Positions 1 to 14,865 of a DNA stretch of 64,000 nucleotides are shown one piece after another. Both the position numbers and the translations under genes were made by a program. Under the pieces are notes generated by a model. That model saw nothing but the letters and a program-made list of their open reading frames with translations. It was not told the origin of the DNA and made no database searches. Position 1 is the stretch's first letter. Each line of letters begins with the position of its first letter. The DNA is from Tubiluchus corallicola (lineage: Eukaryota; Animalia; Priapulida). Location of the stretch: the NCBI GenBank assembly GCA_030141605.1, contig JAQGDQ010000801.1, forward strand, positions 30,285-94,284, in the 5' to 3' direction.

Positions 1-310
1 AGGTTGGCTGCAGGAGCTGCCGGAGTCAGTGAGCATGCTGCACTGGTCCGCCTTCGGGGCTCCACTCCTGGTTTGGAAGGTTTACTCCTCTACACATGGC
101 CGTTGGGTCACTTGACCTCTTCCGCCCTCTAGTCAATGGCTGCTTGTACAGCTCCTCTGCCTAGTGTCGAGATACAGTGTGGGCATTCCGCAAGCCTACA
201 GCACCTGGTATTCCTAGGCGGCCACCCATCCAAGTCTAACCAGGCTCTACGTTGCTTAACTTCGGTGATCAGACGAGAACCGATGTTTTCAACGTGATAT
301 GACCGTAGAC
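1..310 (-). mobile_element. 5S rRNA-headed SINE (SINE3-type), copy 1, truncated by window edge
   Basis: 192-310 reverse-complements to a near full-length 5S rRNA (GTCTACGGTCATATCACGTTGAAAAC...GTGCTGTAGGCTT). No oligo-T terminator follows, and the body (1-191) is nearly identical to 42589-42779. Confidence 0.85.
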
Positions 311-519
311 TAATTTGATAAACTAGCAATGTAACTAAGTGTTATGACTCCACTCTTCGAGTCAACAGATACACTGTGGAGAGGAGTCTCCACAGGAGAG
401 AACAATCACTGAGTATGTTGGGTTTATTTTACTATTACCACTTAAACTTACAAAAATATATTTAAGAAATTTGCAGAGAACTGCCTATAAAACATCAATT
501 GAAAATAAACTACCTCTGA

Positions 520-890
520 ATAGAAATTTTGAGGCGTGATGGTTGCCGCGGCCATTCACTTGAATATTATGACTGGGAAACTTCGTGACTTTTCGCAGCC
601 GCATCGTGGTTTTTCGTAAACGCGCGCACTGCTTAAAATAATTCAAATTTCTGCATTAATGGGCTAAATTTCTGTCTTACCGAATGGGCTACTTTTCTTC
701 AAAACGAATGACGTCATTGGAAGAAGAATGGACATTGACAATGGGAGCGCCCAAGCATGAAGTCAAATTCGCGTCAAAGTGATTTTACTAATTACACGAG
801 GCGCTTGTGACACTTTTATTACTAAATTTTCCTAACATTTTTCGCGAATATTGAAATAAGTGTAACTTTCCAGAAAGCTTGACTTTTCCT
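520..890 (-). mobile_element. Kolobok-like non-autonomous DNA transposon family K3, partial
   Basis: Terminus TTAA|AGGAAAAG on minus strand; homologous to 23592-23779 (-) and 60968-61330 (+). Confidence 0.6.
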
Positions 891-1449
891 TTAACTACAG
901 CACCGTCATGACTTTTAAGTAAGAGGGTGGATCCACGCCGTCATTCAGGGACGGAGAGGGTAGATCCACATTGTACAATCCAAGAGGGTAGATCCATCAC
1001 CGTCATTCAGTGCCGTTTTTAGGGGTGGAACTAGTACAGTATCACGAATATTTTAATTTTGCTCGCTTAACTGTTGCAATTTCTCTCATTTTGTTATTAG
1101 ATGCAAAACTTCATATTTTTGTTGTTTCTGGGTGAATAAACTAAACTAACATTAACATACAGCTGTGCTACTTCGCCATGGAATATTTTAGCTATGCCTT
1201 TCAGTGGCTCACATTTGATTTGATGACAAATAATTATAGACCTGTGTGGCAAATGAGTTACGATCGCGTGAATTTATAGATCTGATTTGCAGTTTGTTTC
1301 AGTCCATGAAATGCGAGGTATTTTTATTGAACATGGGGGGGGGGCTATTATAATGAATGGGAAAATAAAGCATTGCGTTTACGGTCAGTACCCCCTGCAT
1401 TCTTCCAAAGCCACTTTTTCCTAGAAAAAACGTGTAAAACAAATCGAAG

Positions 1450-2052
1450 AAGTTTACAATTACCACACAATTTAAGTACCCTAACCCTACCCCTAACCCT
1501 AATCCTTGCCAAATCTCTAACCTAGCCCTAACCCTACCCTTACTCCAATCCTTGCCCTATCCCTAATCTAACCCTACCCCTAACTCTAACCTTGCCCTAT
1601 CTCTAACCTAACTCTAATACTAACCTAACCCTAACCTTGCCTTATCCCTAATCTAACCCTAACCCTAACCTAACTCTAATCCTTGCCCTATCCCTAATCT
1701 AACCCTAACCCTAACCTAACCCTAATCCTTGCCCTATCTGTACTCTAACCCTAATCCTAACCCTACCCTAACTCTAATCCGTGTCCTATCTCTAATCTAA
1801 CCCTAACCCAACCCTACCCTAACTCTAATCCTTGCCCTATCTGTAATCTAACCCTAACCCTAACTCGAATCCTTGCTCTATCTCTAATCTAACCCTAACC
1901 CTAACCCTTACCCAAACCTAACCCTACCCTAACTCTAACCCTTGCCCTATCCCTAATCTAACCCTAACCCTATCCCTATTCTAACCCTAACCCAACCCTA
2001 ACCCTAATCAACTTCACCAACTAATTTCTTGCCTGTGGGGAATTGCAAACTT
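1450..2052. repeat. Degenerate (CCCTAA)n telomere-like array bracketed by an imperfect inverted repeat
   Basis: CCCTAA/CTCTAA/CCTAA units with recurring CCTTGCCCTATC at 1479-2008. Flanks AAGTTTACAATTACCACA (1450) and TGTGGGGAATTGCAAACTT (2034-2052) are inverted copies. Confidence 0.8.
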
Positions 2053-2080
2053 TAGCCAAACAAATAAACCAAATTAACCA

Positions 2081-2305
2081 GCCCCGCCACAGTTTTAAAG
2101 TGCGCACGCGCAGTTGCTGTATCTCAAATGTTAAGTGTACCAGAGCAACGCGTCTTAACTACAAACTTCACTTGACATGTTGGTAAGACAAAGCCGTGTG
2201 CTGCGTCAGTTCAGTGTCTAACATGAACTTTACTTAATTCTGCTTCAGTCTGTGATTTACTAGCAGGATCTTGCTTGGAAAGAAGAAAAAGTGAACTAGG
2301 TAAGG
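2081..2305 (+). promoter_or_regulatory. Candidate promoter and non-coding first exon
   Basis: GC box GCCCCGCCAC (2081), NRF1-like TGCGCACGCGCA (2101), Inr-like TCAGTT (2206), splice donor AG|GTAAGG (2300). Motif evidence only. Confidence 0.3.
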
Positions 2306-2569
2306 TTCTAGCTAACTGTTAAAATCATCATTATTACAACAGCATGGGCTGCGAGGCGTTGTCAAGTGTACACAAATGCGTTGTCTGGTACACTCAACCT
2401 TTGGTTTCATTAGAAAGCAAGCCACCAAATTTAACAGAATTACTGTCAAATTTTAAGTTACGGTTAGCTCTTTTAATAAACGAAAACTTGTTTCGTTGAA
2501 CTCGATTTCTAACTAATAAAAATACTGAAAAAATTTATTAAGCATACTTAAAACGAAAACGTTTCTAAA

Positions 2570-3323
2570 TTAGTTTAAACATAATTTATTTAGCATTGGA
2601 TCAGACAGTTTGAACAACATGATTTAGCATCCTCACCACAACAGACTTTATACACTATTTACAAAAACATTTACAGTAAGAATAGACTATAACTACCCAA
2701 GCTGACAAGTTTTACTACAAGAATACATTAGATATTAGTAACATTTACAGTAAGAATTGACTATAACTACACAAGCTGACAAGTTTTACTACAAGAATAC
2801 ATTAGATATTAGTAACATTTACAGTAAGAATTGACTATAACTACACAAGCTGACAAGTTTTACTACAAGAATACATTAGACATTAGTAACATTTACAGTA
2901 AGAATAGACTATAACTACACAAGCTGACAAGTTTTACTACAAGAATACATTAGACATTAGTAACATTTACAGTAAGAATAGACTATAACTACACAAGCTG
3001 ACAAGTTTTACTACAAGAATACATTAGACATTAGTAGAAAATGACGGTTAGTAAATATTAATGTACGAATATTTAAGAATGATGCATTTCATATCAGATA
3101 GAAACTTCTGGAAGCGTTTAGTACGTAATATAAAGTCATGTATACATTAGAATATTTTACAGTTAGCAACATAGTTAAATTCATCTTTTCCGAATAATAA
3201 CAACTTCAACAGGAACTCCTTAGTTCCTAAGGCAGCTATATTAAGGTTTCCGGGCAGAAGTATTTCATTTAGTTTATCAAACATAACAACCCTAGTTTGT
3301 TGATAACAATGGGCAGTGCAACA
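2570..3323 (-). mobile_element. RTEX-like LINE 3' fragment with internal 74-bp tandem amplification
   Basis: Minus strand reads ...LLKLLLFGKDEFNYVANCKIF*CIHDFILRTKRF; 3' UTR matches 38290-38557. Confidence 0.7.
2667..3036. repeat. 74-bp tandem repeat x5
   Basis: Unit ACATTTACAGTAAGAAT...CATTAGTA starts at 2667, 2741, 2815, 2889, 2963. Confidence 0.95.
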
Positions 3324-4329
3324 TTAAGTGTTCAACAGACTAAAGTTTTCACTAGTCTCTGAAGTTTTTGTTTACCCAACAATATTAATGTACGAATATT
3401 TAAGACTGATGCAACCAGCTATATTAAGGTTTTAGGGCAGAAGTATTTCATTTAATTTATCAAACATAACATAACATTTCTAAATTAAACCAAACAGTCT
3501 CCATTTTATTCCTTTCTATAGGGGGGAAGCTACTTCTCCATATTGTCGGTGATTATTTGTTCAAATAAATTACTAATGAACTTCCCGGTGGCGAGCACTA
3601 ATCATTTCTTCTTCACAATAAGGGGGGTATTTCATGCAGTAATTTACAAAATGAATACATGACTGTGTAAGCATAATGTACGTACGCCGCCAATGCTAAG
3701 CTTTCTTCCTTGACGGCAGATGCAAGCGACGCACGCATCGCAGGCGTCGTGTCTATGGTCACAGCTCATAGCGTTGCTTTGTTAGACGAGCATTGGCCGC
3801 AGTGCGTGCCTGGTTTGCTAGCAGAGAGGAAGGCTTTTGTTATACCGGCGTGTGTGCATTAGTGTTTTGACTGCATTATGCTCTCGAGATTGAAGGAGAG
3901 TCGAGCATCTTCGGTAAATGACGTGCGCTTTTAGTTTCACTCGCGATTTTTTGCAAAATAACTCAAATTGGACGTTTTAGAGGAAGCTATGGACAGGGTA
4001 AGAAATTTCTTGCAAATTTATACGAGGCATTTAATTTTAGTACTTAAACAAATTTTTGTTTTAAGTCAAATGTTTTAGGTAATACAAATTCACTACTCTT
4101 GCGTGTTTTTTAGCTTTTAAAATAACACTAACTGCGCCGTGAACGTTACTGTTAACAGCAGGTAAGGTCGTTTGTTCGAGTCCCAGTTGGAATTTTTCAG
4201 ACTTCTTAATTTACTATAGTTTCATGTTCTTCTTGGTCTACTTAGGTTTTCTAGTGTCTTGCTTCGTTTTTACTGCTCTTATAGTGTTTCAGTGATTGAA
4301 TTCATAAGATATTTTTTCGTTTTTCTGCA

Positions 4330-5122
4330 ATGTATGGCGTAACTACAGTGGATGACGTAATTACACTTCATGACGTAACTACAGTGGATGACCTAATTAC
4401 ACTGCATGACGTGACTACACTGGATGACGTAACTACACTGCATGACGTGACTACCCTGGATGACGTAACTACACTGTACGACGTAATTACACTGGATGAC
4501 GTACTGCACTGTACGACGTAATTACACTGCATGACGTAACTACAGTGCATAAAGTAATTACACTGGATAACGTGACTACACTGGATAACGTAACTGCACT
4601 GTATGACGTAATTACACTGCATGACGTAACTACACTGTACGACGTAATTACACAGGATGACGTAACTACACTGTACGGCGTAATTACACTGGATGACGTA
4701 CTGCACTGTACGACGTAATTACACTGCATGACGTAACTACAGTGCATAAAGTAATTACACTGGATAACGTGACTACACTGGATAACGTAACTGCACTGTA
4801 TGACGTAATTACACTGCATGACGTAACTACACTGTACGACGTAATTACACAGGATGACGTAACTACACTGTACGGCGTAATTACACTGGATGACGTACTG
4901 CACTGTACGACGTAATTACACTGCATGACGTAACTACAGTGCATAAAGTAATTACACTGGATGACGTGACTACACTGGATAACGTAACTGCACTGTACGA
5001 CGTAATTACACTGCATGACGTAACTACACTGTATGACGTAATTACACTGGATGACGTAACTACACTGCCTGACGTGACTACACTGGATGACGTAACTGCA
5101 CTGTACGACGTAACTACACTGC
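4330..5122. repeat. 18-bp minisatellite (~44 units) with 197-bp higher-order repeat
   Basis: Unit ~CTGGATGACGTAACTACA; identical variant blocks recur at a 197-bp offset (4487/4684/4881). Confidence 0.95.
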
Positions 5123-5354
5123 ACTATTATTTTGTCGATTTAAGAGTGGTTTCGTTTAAGAATGGTCTTTCGAAAACAATATGACAACATTTTACAATAG
5201 TAAGACATTATCAAATTATCAAAATAATTTTTTTACACTGGCATTTTATAATTTCATTAAGATTAATCCCTCAAATCACATAATAGTTTCTAATACAGGA
5301 AATTCGGGGTGCAATAACGTGAGGATGAAAACATTTTTCATTTTCTTGTAAATC

Positions 5355-5946
5355 TTATGATGATTTTTCGTACACTACCCCATTTTCAAGTCCAATAAAA
5401 AGTATACATTTTAACACAATTGATACTGCAAAAGCGTTTCTGATAATTAAATAATAGATTAAAAACTTAATTAACCGCTGGCGAGCCCAACTATTTGATG
5501 ACGTCACAAACTAACCTAATTTTCAACATCAAAAATATTCCACGAGCGTGTTGCATGTGTTTGCGAAAGCGAAAATTGAAGTACAGCGCTACTGTAAGAT
5601 ATTCAGTGTGTTGTACTAAAACTAGGCAAATTTTAGGATAAAAATTCAAATTACAAATTTACCGCTGTGCGTAAGTTCGTCACAAATTAACACATCTGAA
5701 CTGAGAAGTACAACACCTTGTTTTTGTACAATATGTTCCCGAGATGTAGGCACTAGTGCCCATCTAACTAGCGAATGGCGAAATGTCTGTAACAGCGAAG
5801 AACTAGTGGCACGAACGTGAAATTATGTTTGTGTGGTAATAATTCTTTCACATAAGTCGTTTTTGAAGAAAATAGTATGTTTCCTTTCAATATTTTAAAG
5901 AGTAGATTGTTTTGATCTACAGTTTAAGGTTGAGTCCGGTTTTACT
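5355..5946 (-). mobile_element. Kolobok-like MITE family K1
   Basis: Reverse complement of the 30591-31206 element; terminus CCGGTTTTACT|TTAA. Confidence 0.75.
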
Positions 5947-6669
5947 TTAATACGTATGGGCATATGCAAAGAGCATTGACCATTCGTACTAGATGCAAGT
6001 TCAGAAAATAGATTTCTTATAGGCCTGCTGAATTTGCTATTATCTGCTGACGCGCGTTAAATTGCGGGTAAACAACTACCTTGTAAAGAATTCCACATAC
6101 AAGAGGCCCGAAGAAAACAAAAGAAGCAGTAAAGTAACAAAAGGAATGCTAATACGAGAACGTGTGGGTCTAGAAATCACTAATGATTAGATCCTGAGAT
6201 TGTCTTCGATTGAAGTAGCAATAGACAGAGGTAGGAAGAGATTTTCAATAAGTAAGAGCTGTTCTCATGCACGGAAAGAAGAAGAAACAGAAAGAGAAAG
6301 AAAAAGTTTGGCACTTACAACATGTTATTTCTAGGCCTACATAGATTGATTCAGAAGTTCTTATTCATCTTCAATGCAGATTTATTTCTACAAAATTGTG
6401 GTTACAGACGACTGTAAGCGTGATATCATTGCGTGTTTGAGTTGTGACCATTTCCCTTTCAATGGGGTGTATACTCTAGCAACCACCATTAATTGTTAGT
6501 ATAGTATTCGTGGTATTTGTGCACTATTATGACTAGATAATAAAGGATAATATGGCACGCTATGACAACATTTAATAACAAAACCTGTTTGCATTGAATA
6601 CAGTAATTTGGTTCACTACCCTAGTATTCTTGAAAAGCCTGCCAGCCGTCTCCACGCTTCACACATAAT

Positions 6670-6950
6670 AATATTGAAATGTGAAGTATTGTTGGCAGGT
6701 GCATCTGTGTGTCCTGGGTTCCAGTTTACAACGCAGCACAGTGGGCACACTTCCTTCTGAAATGTGGCACGAATGCTTGTAAATAAACGTCGTCTTGATT
6801 CTGAGATTGAAATCTGATTCTAATATTGAAATGTGAAGTATCGTTGGCAGGTGCAACTGTGTGTCCTGGGTCCTAGTTTACAACCACAGCACAGTGGGCA
6901 CACTTCCTTCTGAAATGTGGCAGGAATGCGGGTAAATAAACTTCGTCTTG
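6670..6950. repeat. Local tandem duplication (~130 bp, period ~152)
   Basis: AATATTGAAATGTGAAGTA...CGTCTTGA occurs at ~6670 and ~6822. Confidence 0.85.
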
Positions 6951-7319
6951 AATTGCCTGATTCTGGAATTGATGCCTTTCACTGATCTGATACTCTAGAA
7001 CGTGGAGAGTGAGACTAATGGACCATTTGGACGCTACTACTCATGCTCGAAGAACAGTGTGTTCCAGCCTTTAGGCCTGTAGGATAAATTATTAGTTGTC
7101 TGACTTTTAAGCCCTATGTTTTAACCCAGCCACGAAGCTTACTAGCTTAACCCTTATAGGGTCATCGGGGGAGGGGGGTGAGGAGGGAGTAAAAAATTAC
7201 CCTCAGAATGTTAAGCTTTGAATTGTGCGGCAATTAGCAAAACGTATACGTCATAGCTATGATTTAACTATGCAAGCAAAACTTATAAAAGTTATATCGT
7301 ATTTCTTAATGATGCTTAA

Positions 7320-7919
7320 CCCTTATAGGGTCACCGGGGGTAAAAAGTACCCCCAGACCGGTTTTATGCATTTTACCCTTTTACTATACGCATCCCAGTA
7401 AAACTTTTCTATGACTTTTTCTAAATATGTTTTGTGCACAAAATACTTTCAGTTATTTATTTTAGGCGCATTGTCTCACCACGAAATAAATGTGAAAATG
7501 CAGTATGTCGATTTTTTAAAATTGTCGAAACTTTACTTCGCTTGTCTATACATTATACGTAAGATGTATCTGATAAAACAAAATGTCAGTTACTCAAATT
7601 ACTCCACATAAAACAAGAAAGTAGTAGACAATAAATTCAAAATAACAATGATTTTTGCACACGCGCTGCAATGTCGGTTGTCTACAGTTATTCCAGCATA
7701 GATAAGGGAACGTAACTAAGTGGATTTAAATTTCGTATTACTAGAAAGTCACATGTCTTTAAGCAGAGGTATAATGTATCCTATGGTGGTCAGCATAACC
7801 ACAAATTATGCTGTTGCTGTTTACTAATGAAACACGGCGGTTTATCAAAAGTAATTTACGAATTATGGTGGGGGTAATTTTTTGCCCCCCGGTTATAAAA
7901 AATCGTGACCCTACAAGGG
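7320..7919. mobile_element. piggyBac-like MITE (600 bp)
   Basis: TTAA on both sides; TIRs CCCTTATAGGGTCAC / GTGACCCTACAAGGG. A second orphan left end lies at ~7151. Confidence 0.85.
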
Positions 7920-8721
7920 TTAAGTTTCTGTTTTATTTGGTAAAGAAATGCTTAAATCTTGTGGGCCTACAGTTACTAGGAATGGACTAACCTTAACCCT
8001 GCATATACTCATCACATATACGTACTCATTCTATATGCTTTAAAAGCAATTGCTTATGCATATCCTTTGCCGTTCTAACAATGCCTATGTAGACCAAAGC
8101 ACTTCATTTACTTAACGACTCCCTTTTTTACCTTAACCCCAAATAGAAGCAGTCAGCAAACACCGGGAAGGTCAATACAGTCCTCATCTTTTGGGCATTT
8201 ATTTCAGCATTATTTACATGTTTTATACAGCGTTGCTGCAGACACAAGCCCAGCATGCAAAAAGGCAGTACGTAAGTGATGTATAGAATTTCAAGACGAA
8301 TTTTTAAGCTTTATGTAAGTGGAGGGTTTTCTTGTGCTTTAAGAATAATGAACTCTGAAAAAATCAATACTTAATGCTACTGTACCATTAATACAGTTGT
8401 GGCAGCTTAAAATTATAAAAATTCACCAGAAGATGCCACTGAAGATTAAACATAATTATTTTCTTATGATTAGGGATTATATTTCTAGTAATCCTGCCCG
8501 GATTTTAAACTTAACCTTGGAAGAGACGAAACACCCGAGACACCCAAACTTTCCCAGATCATTACGATTTTATTGACGATTTATTGGCCTCTTCAAATGT
8601 GTTATCTCTCAAAGTGTTTGCAAATTAAACCTGTTTTGTGTTTGCTGACCTTTTTGAAGCAACAAGAATGCGTGCACTCCTTAAGTTATCCTGTTAATTA
8701 TTACATAAAACCAATGATATG

Positions 8722-9342
<621 letters not shown>

Positions 9343-9444
9343 ATGATATGATATGATTGGGAGTGGTATAAAAATAACCTTAATTTATTAAAAAGTCTTA
9401 CATACACATACACAAAACTTAAAAAATTCGTTGTGAAATTATAT

Positions 9445-10136
<692 letters not shown>

Positions 10137-10539
10137 TACGAATGTATCTGAATTTTCTTCACAATCAAGTGCCTTGCTACTTCCACTGGGTTTACATAAT
10201 TATCTAAAGCGGTTTAAGGATTAAATTGTGGAATGCAGCAGAGCTGATGGTATCTCTTCTTCCGAGCAGCTTGGCCACCTCTGGATCTCTGCCATGATAT
10301 GTAAACTTTCTCTCAATTCTACCGGTTGTTTACCTCGCCTGCCTTTCTGTCGCAAATCCTCCCCCTTTCAAAGACTCGTTTCTTTGAGTTGTTAGTAATT
10401 ATCATGTTCACAGGTTCGAGGTGTCAGTTTTCTTTCTTCTGGTGGAATGAGGACGATAATCTCATGTGAGATAAGAACTTTACTAACAGAAAAAATATTC
10501 ATCAGTTCCTTATCATATGTACACTACCTGACACCTAAC

Positions 10540-11310
<771 letters not shown>

Positions 11311-11335
11311 TAATGTTAAAATTATTACTAATTAA

Positions 11336-11650
11336 GGTACAAGTAAATGTAGGTAAAAATGGCACAGGTAAAAATGGCACAGGTAAAAATGGCACAGGTA
11401 AAAATGGCACAGGTAAAAATGGCACAGGTAAAAATGGTAAATGAAAGAATGGCAGTGTAGAAATTGCACAGCTAAAAGTGGCACGGTGAAAATGGCACAG
11501 GAAAACTTGCACAAAATGGAAAACTAGGAAAAATAGCACACTTATGAAATATAAGTACAGGATTAAGGCTACTGTAATATGTTTAGTACGTCTGTGCCAT
11601 TTTTCCTGTGCCATTTTTACGTGTGTCATTTTTACATGTGAGATTTTTAT
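11336..11650. mobile_element. Foldback-type element with 15-bp subterminal repeats
   Basis: AGGTAAAAATGGCAC tandem x5 on the left; inverted GTGCCATTTTT(A/C)C copies at 11594-11640. Confidence 0.6.
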
Positions 11651-11867
11651 TGTGGTACAAACGCACAGTTAGTTCAACTTTGATATCAAACGTGAAAGAT
11701 TGGAAACACGAAAGATTTTGATGCAGCACGAATTTGAACCATGAACCTTCTGCATACTGTACACTCAAAGTGACTTCTGTTTTCACTGCAATACAAAACA
11801 TTGAATCAAACAGTAGCTGTGATACATATAAGATTTAAATCGAAAAAGAAAAATTATATAAAATAAT

Positions 11868-12305
11868 CTTTATTTGCCATTAAAATACTTTGATAATCAT
11901 TGATAAGAACTTTACAGAGATGATCAATCAGTGTTAGTTAATAAAAACTAACACTGCTAAAGGCAAATGCGTCAGTGCAATCTAAACTACTGTGCAGTAA
12001 TGGAAAGTAACGACGAATAAAATCAAGCGTATTTACAACTATGTACAAAAAATGAAAAAAAAACTATGATTTAATTAATATGGCCGTGGATATATAAATT
12101 CTGAATTAGTGTGTATGTTGTCGTACTGGTGTGATGGTATTTCATATCTGGTTAATATTAATGATTTTAATTTTGTTTTAAATGCTGATAGGGACTTGAT
12201 TTGTTTAACCTGTAATGGTAGAGAATTTCAAAGTAGAATTGCTTGTTTGATTACAGAGTTCGTTCCATAGTGGGTATTTGTCCTAATTTGTTTTAGATTT
12301 CTTGT
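11868..12305 (-). mobile_element. CR1/L2-group LINE 3' fragment
   Basis: Minus strand reads RQIRTNTHYGTNSVIKQAILL*NSLPLQVKQIKSLSAFKTKLK, followed by a 3' UTR ending GGCAAATAAAGA; related to 61440-61842. Confidence 0.7.
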
Positions 12306-12904
12306 TCTGGAATACTCCCGCATTCCGTTCGCCTACAAAAAATTCCTAACCGGTTGTGTATCAGTACGATCCATTTATTAATCGAATGCAGTGGCTGATA
12401 TACGATCATTAAATTCTTTTATGGCGTCTTGGCTCAGCTCACTAAACTGGTTTAACTCTTTCTTCATTGCCCTATCTAAATTCACAATGTATCGTTCATC
12501 GCGTTACAAACGCAAGCACCATTTCGTTCTTTGTTGCTTCTCATAACCACCCCCTGGGGCGCTGCAGTATGAGGTACCGATTTGGGGTCAAAGTAAAATA
12601 GGGCGTGCTTAGGTATCATAAAACCACTCGGATCTTGTTAGAATTTTACATTTCTACATTGAAATATAAACTCGATCAGCCGCTACGTTTGGCTATTGTG
12701 TCAGATTTCTGTGTTACACGTCGTTAAATGTGTAAACTGGTCGTGCTGGTCTTTAGTTGTGATTAGTTAGTATGTGAACAATGTCCTAAACTAAGTAGCT
12801 GTTTGAATTTGAAAGTTTGTCTCTTCGTTTATTGTACCTTTCAGTATTATATGACTAGTATTATAAACTTCAATGATTAATGAATGTGAATTGATTAAGA
12901 ATTT

Positions 12905-13417
12905 CTATTTCTTTCTCTGTATTTCTCTCGCTCTTTCTCTCTCTCTCTCTCTCTTTCTCTCTGTCTCCTCCCTTCCTCCTCCTCTCTTTCTTTCTCTCTC
13001 TCCCTCTCTCTCTCTTTCTCTCTCTCCCCCCCTCTCTCTCTATCTCCTCCCTTCCTCCTCCTCTCTTTCTCAATCTCCCTCTCACTTTTTTCTCTTTCTT
13101 TTTCTCTCTGTCGCTCTCCTCTCTTTCTCTCTCTCTCTCTTTCTCTCTCCCTCTCTTTTCTTTCTCCTCTCTTTAAACTCTCTGTGTCTTCCTCCCTCCA
13201 TCTCTCTGTCTTTCCTCCCTCTCTTTCTCACTCTCTGTTTCTTGTTTCTCTCTCTCTGTGTGTGTATGTGTCTGTCTGTCTTTCCTCCCTCTCTTTCTCA
13301 CTCTCTGTTTTTTTTTTCTATCTCACTCTCCTCCTCTTTCTGTCTCTCTCTCTCCCTCCTCTCTTTCTCACTCTCTCTTTCTTTCACTCATTCTCTCTCT
13401 CTCCCTCTATCTCTCTG
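12905..13417. repeat. Degenerate (CT)n polypyrimidine tract
   Basis: Directly visible. Confidence 0.95.
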
Positions 13418-14214
13418 GAATTACAAAAATCGTAATGCAGATCTGAAATTTTGTTGAAACCTTCCAACAATATAAGCGAGAGAGAACAATGAACAATGAA
13501 CCTCGTACCAGGAAACACAATGCCTTGTACAGTTTTGCACCAATAATTAACATTACTTCATAATATAATGAACAGAAAAAATTCATACGCCCCTAAGAAC
13601 GTTGGCAATTAGACTCACATAGCATTCGTTTTGACATGCTCAAAAGCACACTTTAATCGGATTTTAGGAACCATACCCCCTCCCCCCAATAACGTGAGTT
13701 TTGAACTTTAACCAGCCACGACAAACTTCCTTTGTGGTATATTTAACCCAACCCATCTTCGATAATTATTCCATAACACAACACAAAATTTATTTTAATA
13801 AAACCATGCTCGATAAATTTTTCTAGTTTACTTCCTAGATTAGCAATTAATTCACGTTTTCCATTGAACAGACTATAAGGGAAGTAATATTTTCATAGGA
13901 ATTACAATGCAGACGTAATGCACCAACGCGAAAGGTAATTGTCATAAATCTTAGTAAAAAATTTGCTGCTATTCTCATCTTATTCACAGCTCTTTGTCGT
14001 GCAAGCAGCACTTTCCAATTTCCTTTATCAAGTGATTTGATTTTATTGCATGAAGGGAGTAATTACATGAGGGTTAAGACTTGGGTGCACCTGTCTGTGT
14101 GACTAGTGAATGAAAGAGGAAAGTGTTTTGTACTCGATCTTAGACGTGTAAATGTATTGACGTACGTACATTTGTTGTTTGTGAATTGTCAGTAAGAAAT
14201 CGTCATGCAGGAAT

Positions 14215-14388
14215 GATAGTGTAGTAGTGATAGTACTAGTAGTAGTAGTGGTAATGGTAGTAATAGTAGTAGTAGTGGTAGTGGTAGTAATAGTAGTAGT
14301 AGTGGTAATGGTAGTGGTAGTAGTAGCAGTAGTAGTAGTAGTAGCAGTAGTAGTAGTAGAGGTAGTAGTGGTAGTGGTAGTGGTAGTG

Positions 14389-14446
<58 letters not shown>

Positions 14447-14469
14447 TAGTGGTAGTGGTAGTGGTAGTG

Positions 14470-14524
<55 letters not shown>

Positions 14525-14568
14525 CAGTAGTAGTAGTAGAGGTAGTAGTGGTAGTGGTAGTGGTAGTG

Positions 14569-14617
<49 letters not shown>

Positions 14618-14640
14618 TAGTGGTAGTGGTAGTGGTAGTG

Positions 14641-14689
<49 letters not shown>

Positions 14690-14865
14690 AAGCAGCAGCA
14701 GCAGCAACAACAACAGCAGTAATAGTAGTAGTAGCAGCTGCAGTAGCATCATCATCATCATCAGTAGCAGCTGCAGTAGCATCATCATCATCATCATCAT
14801 CAGTAGCAGCTGCAGTAGCATCATCATCATCATCATCATCATCATCAGTAGCAGCTGCAGCATCC
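14215..14865. repeat. Compound (GTA/GTG)n-(GCA)n-(TCA)n microsatellite
   Basis: Directly visible. Confidence 0.95.

Noticed and set aside
192-310. Functional 5S rRNA genes (also 42780-42899)
   Set aside because: No oligo-T terminator, shared downstream body, dispersed copies, substitutions or a deletion in conserved positions, and a TSD all indicate SINE heads.
1479-2008. True telomere
   Set aside because: Internal, short and highly degenerate.
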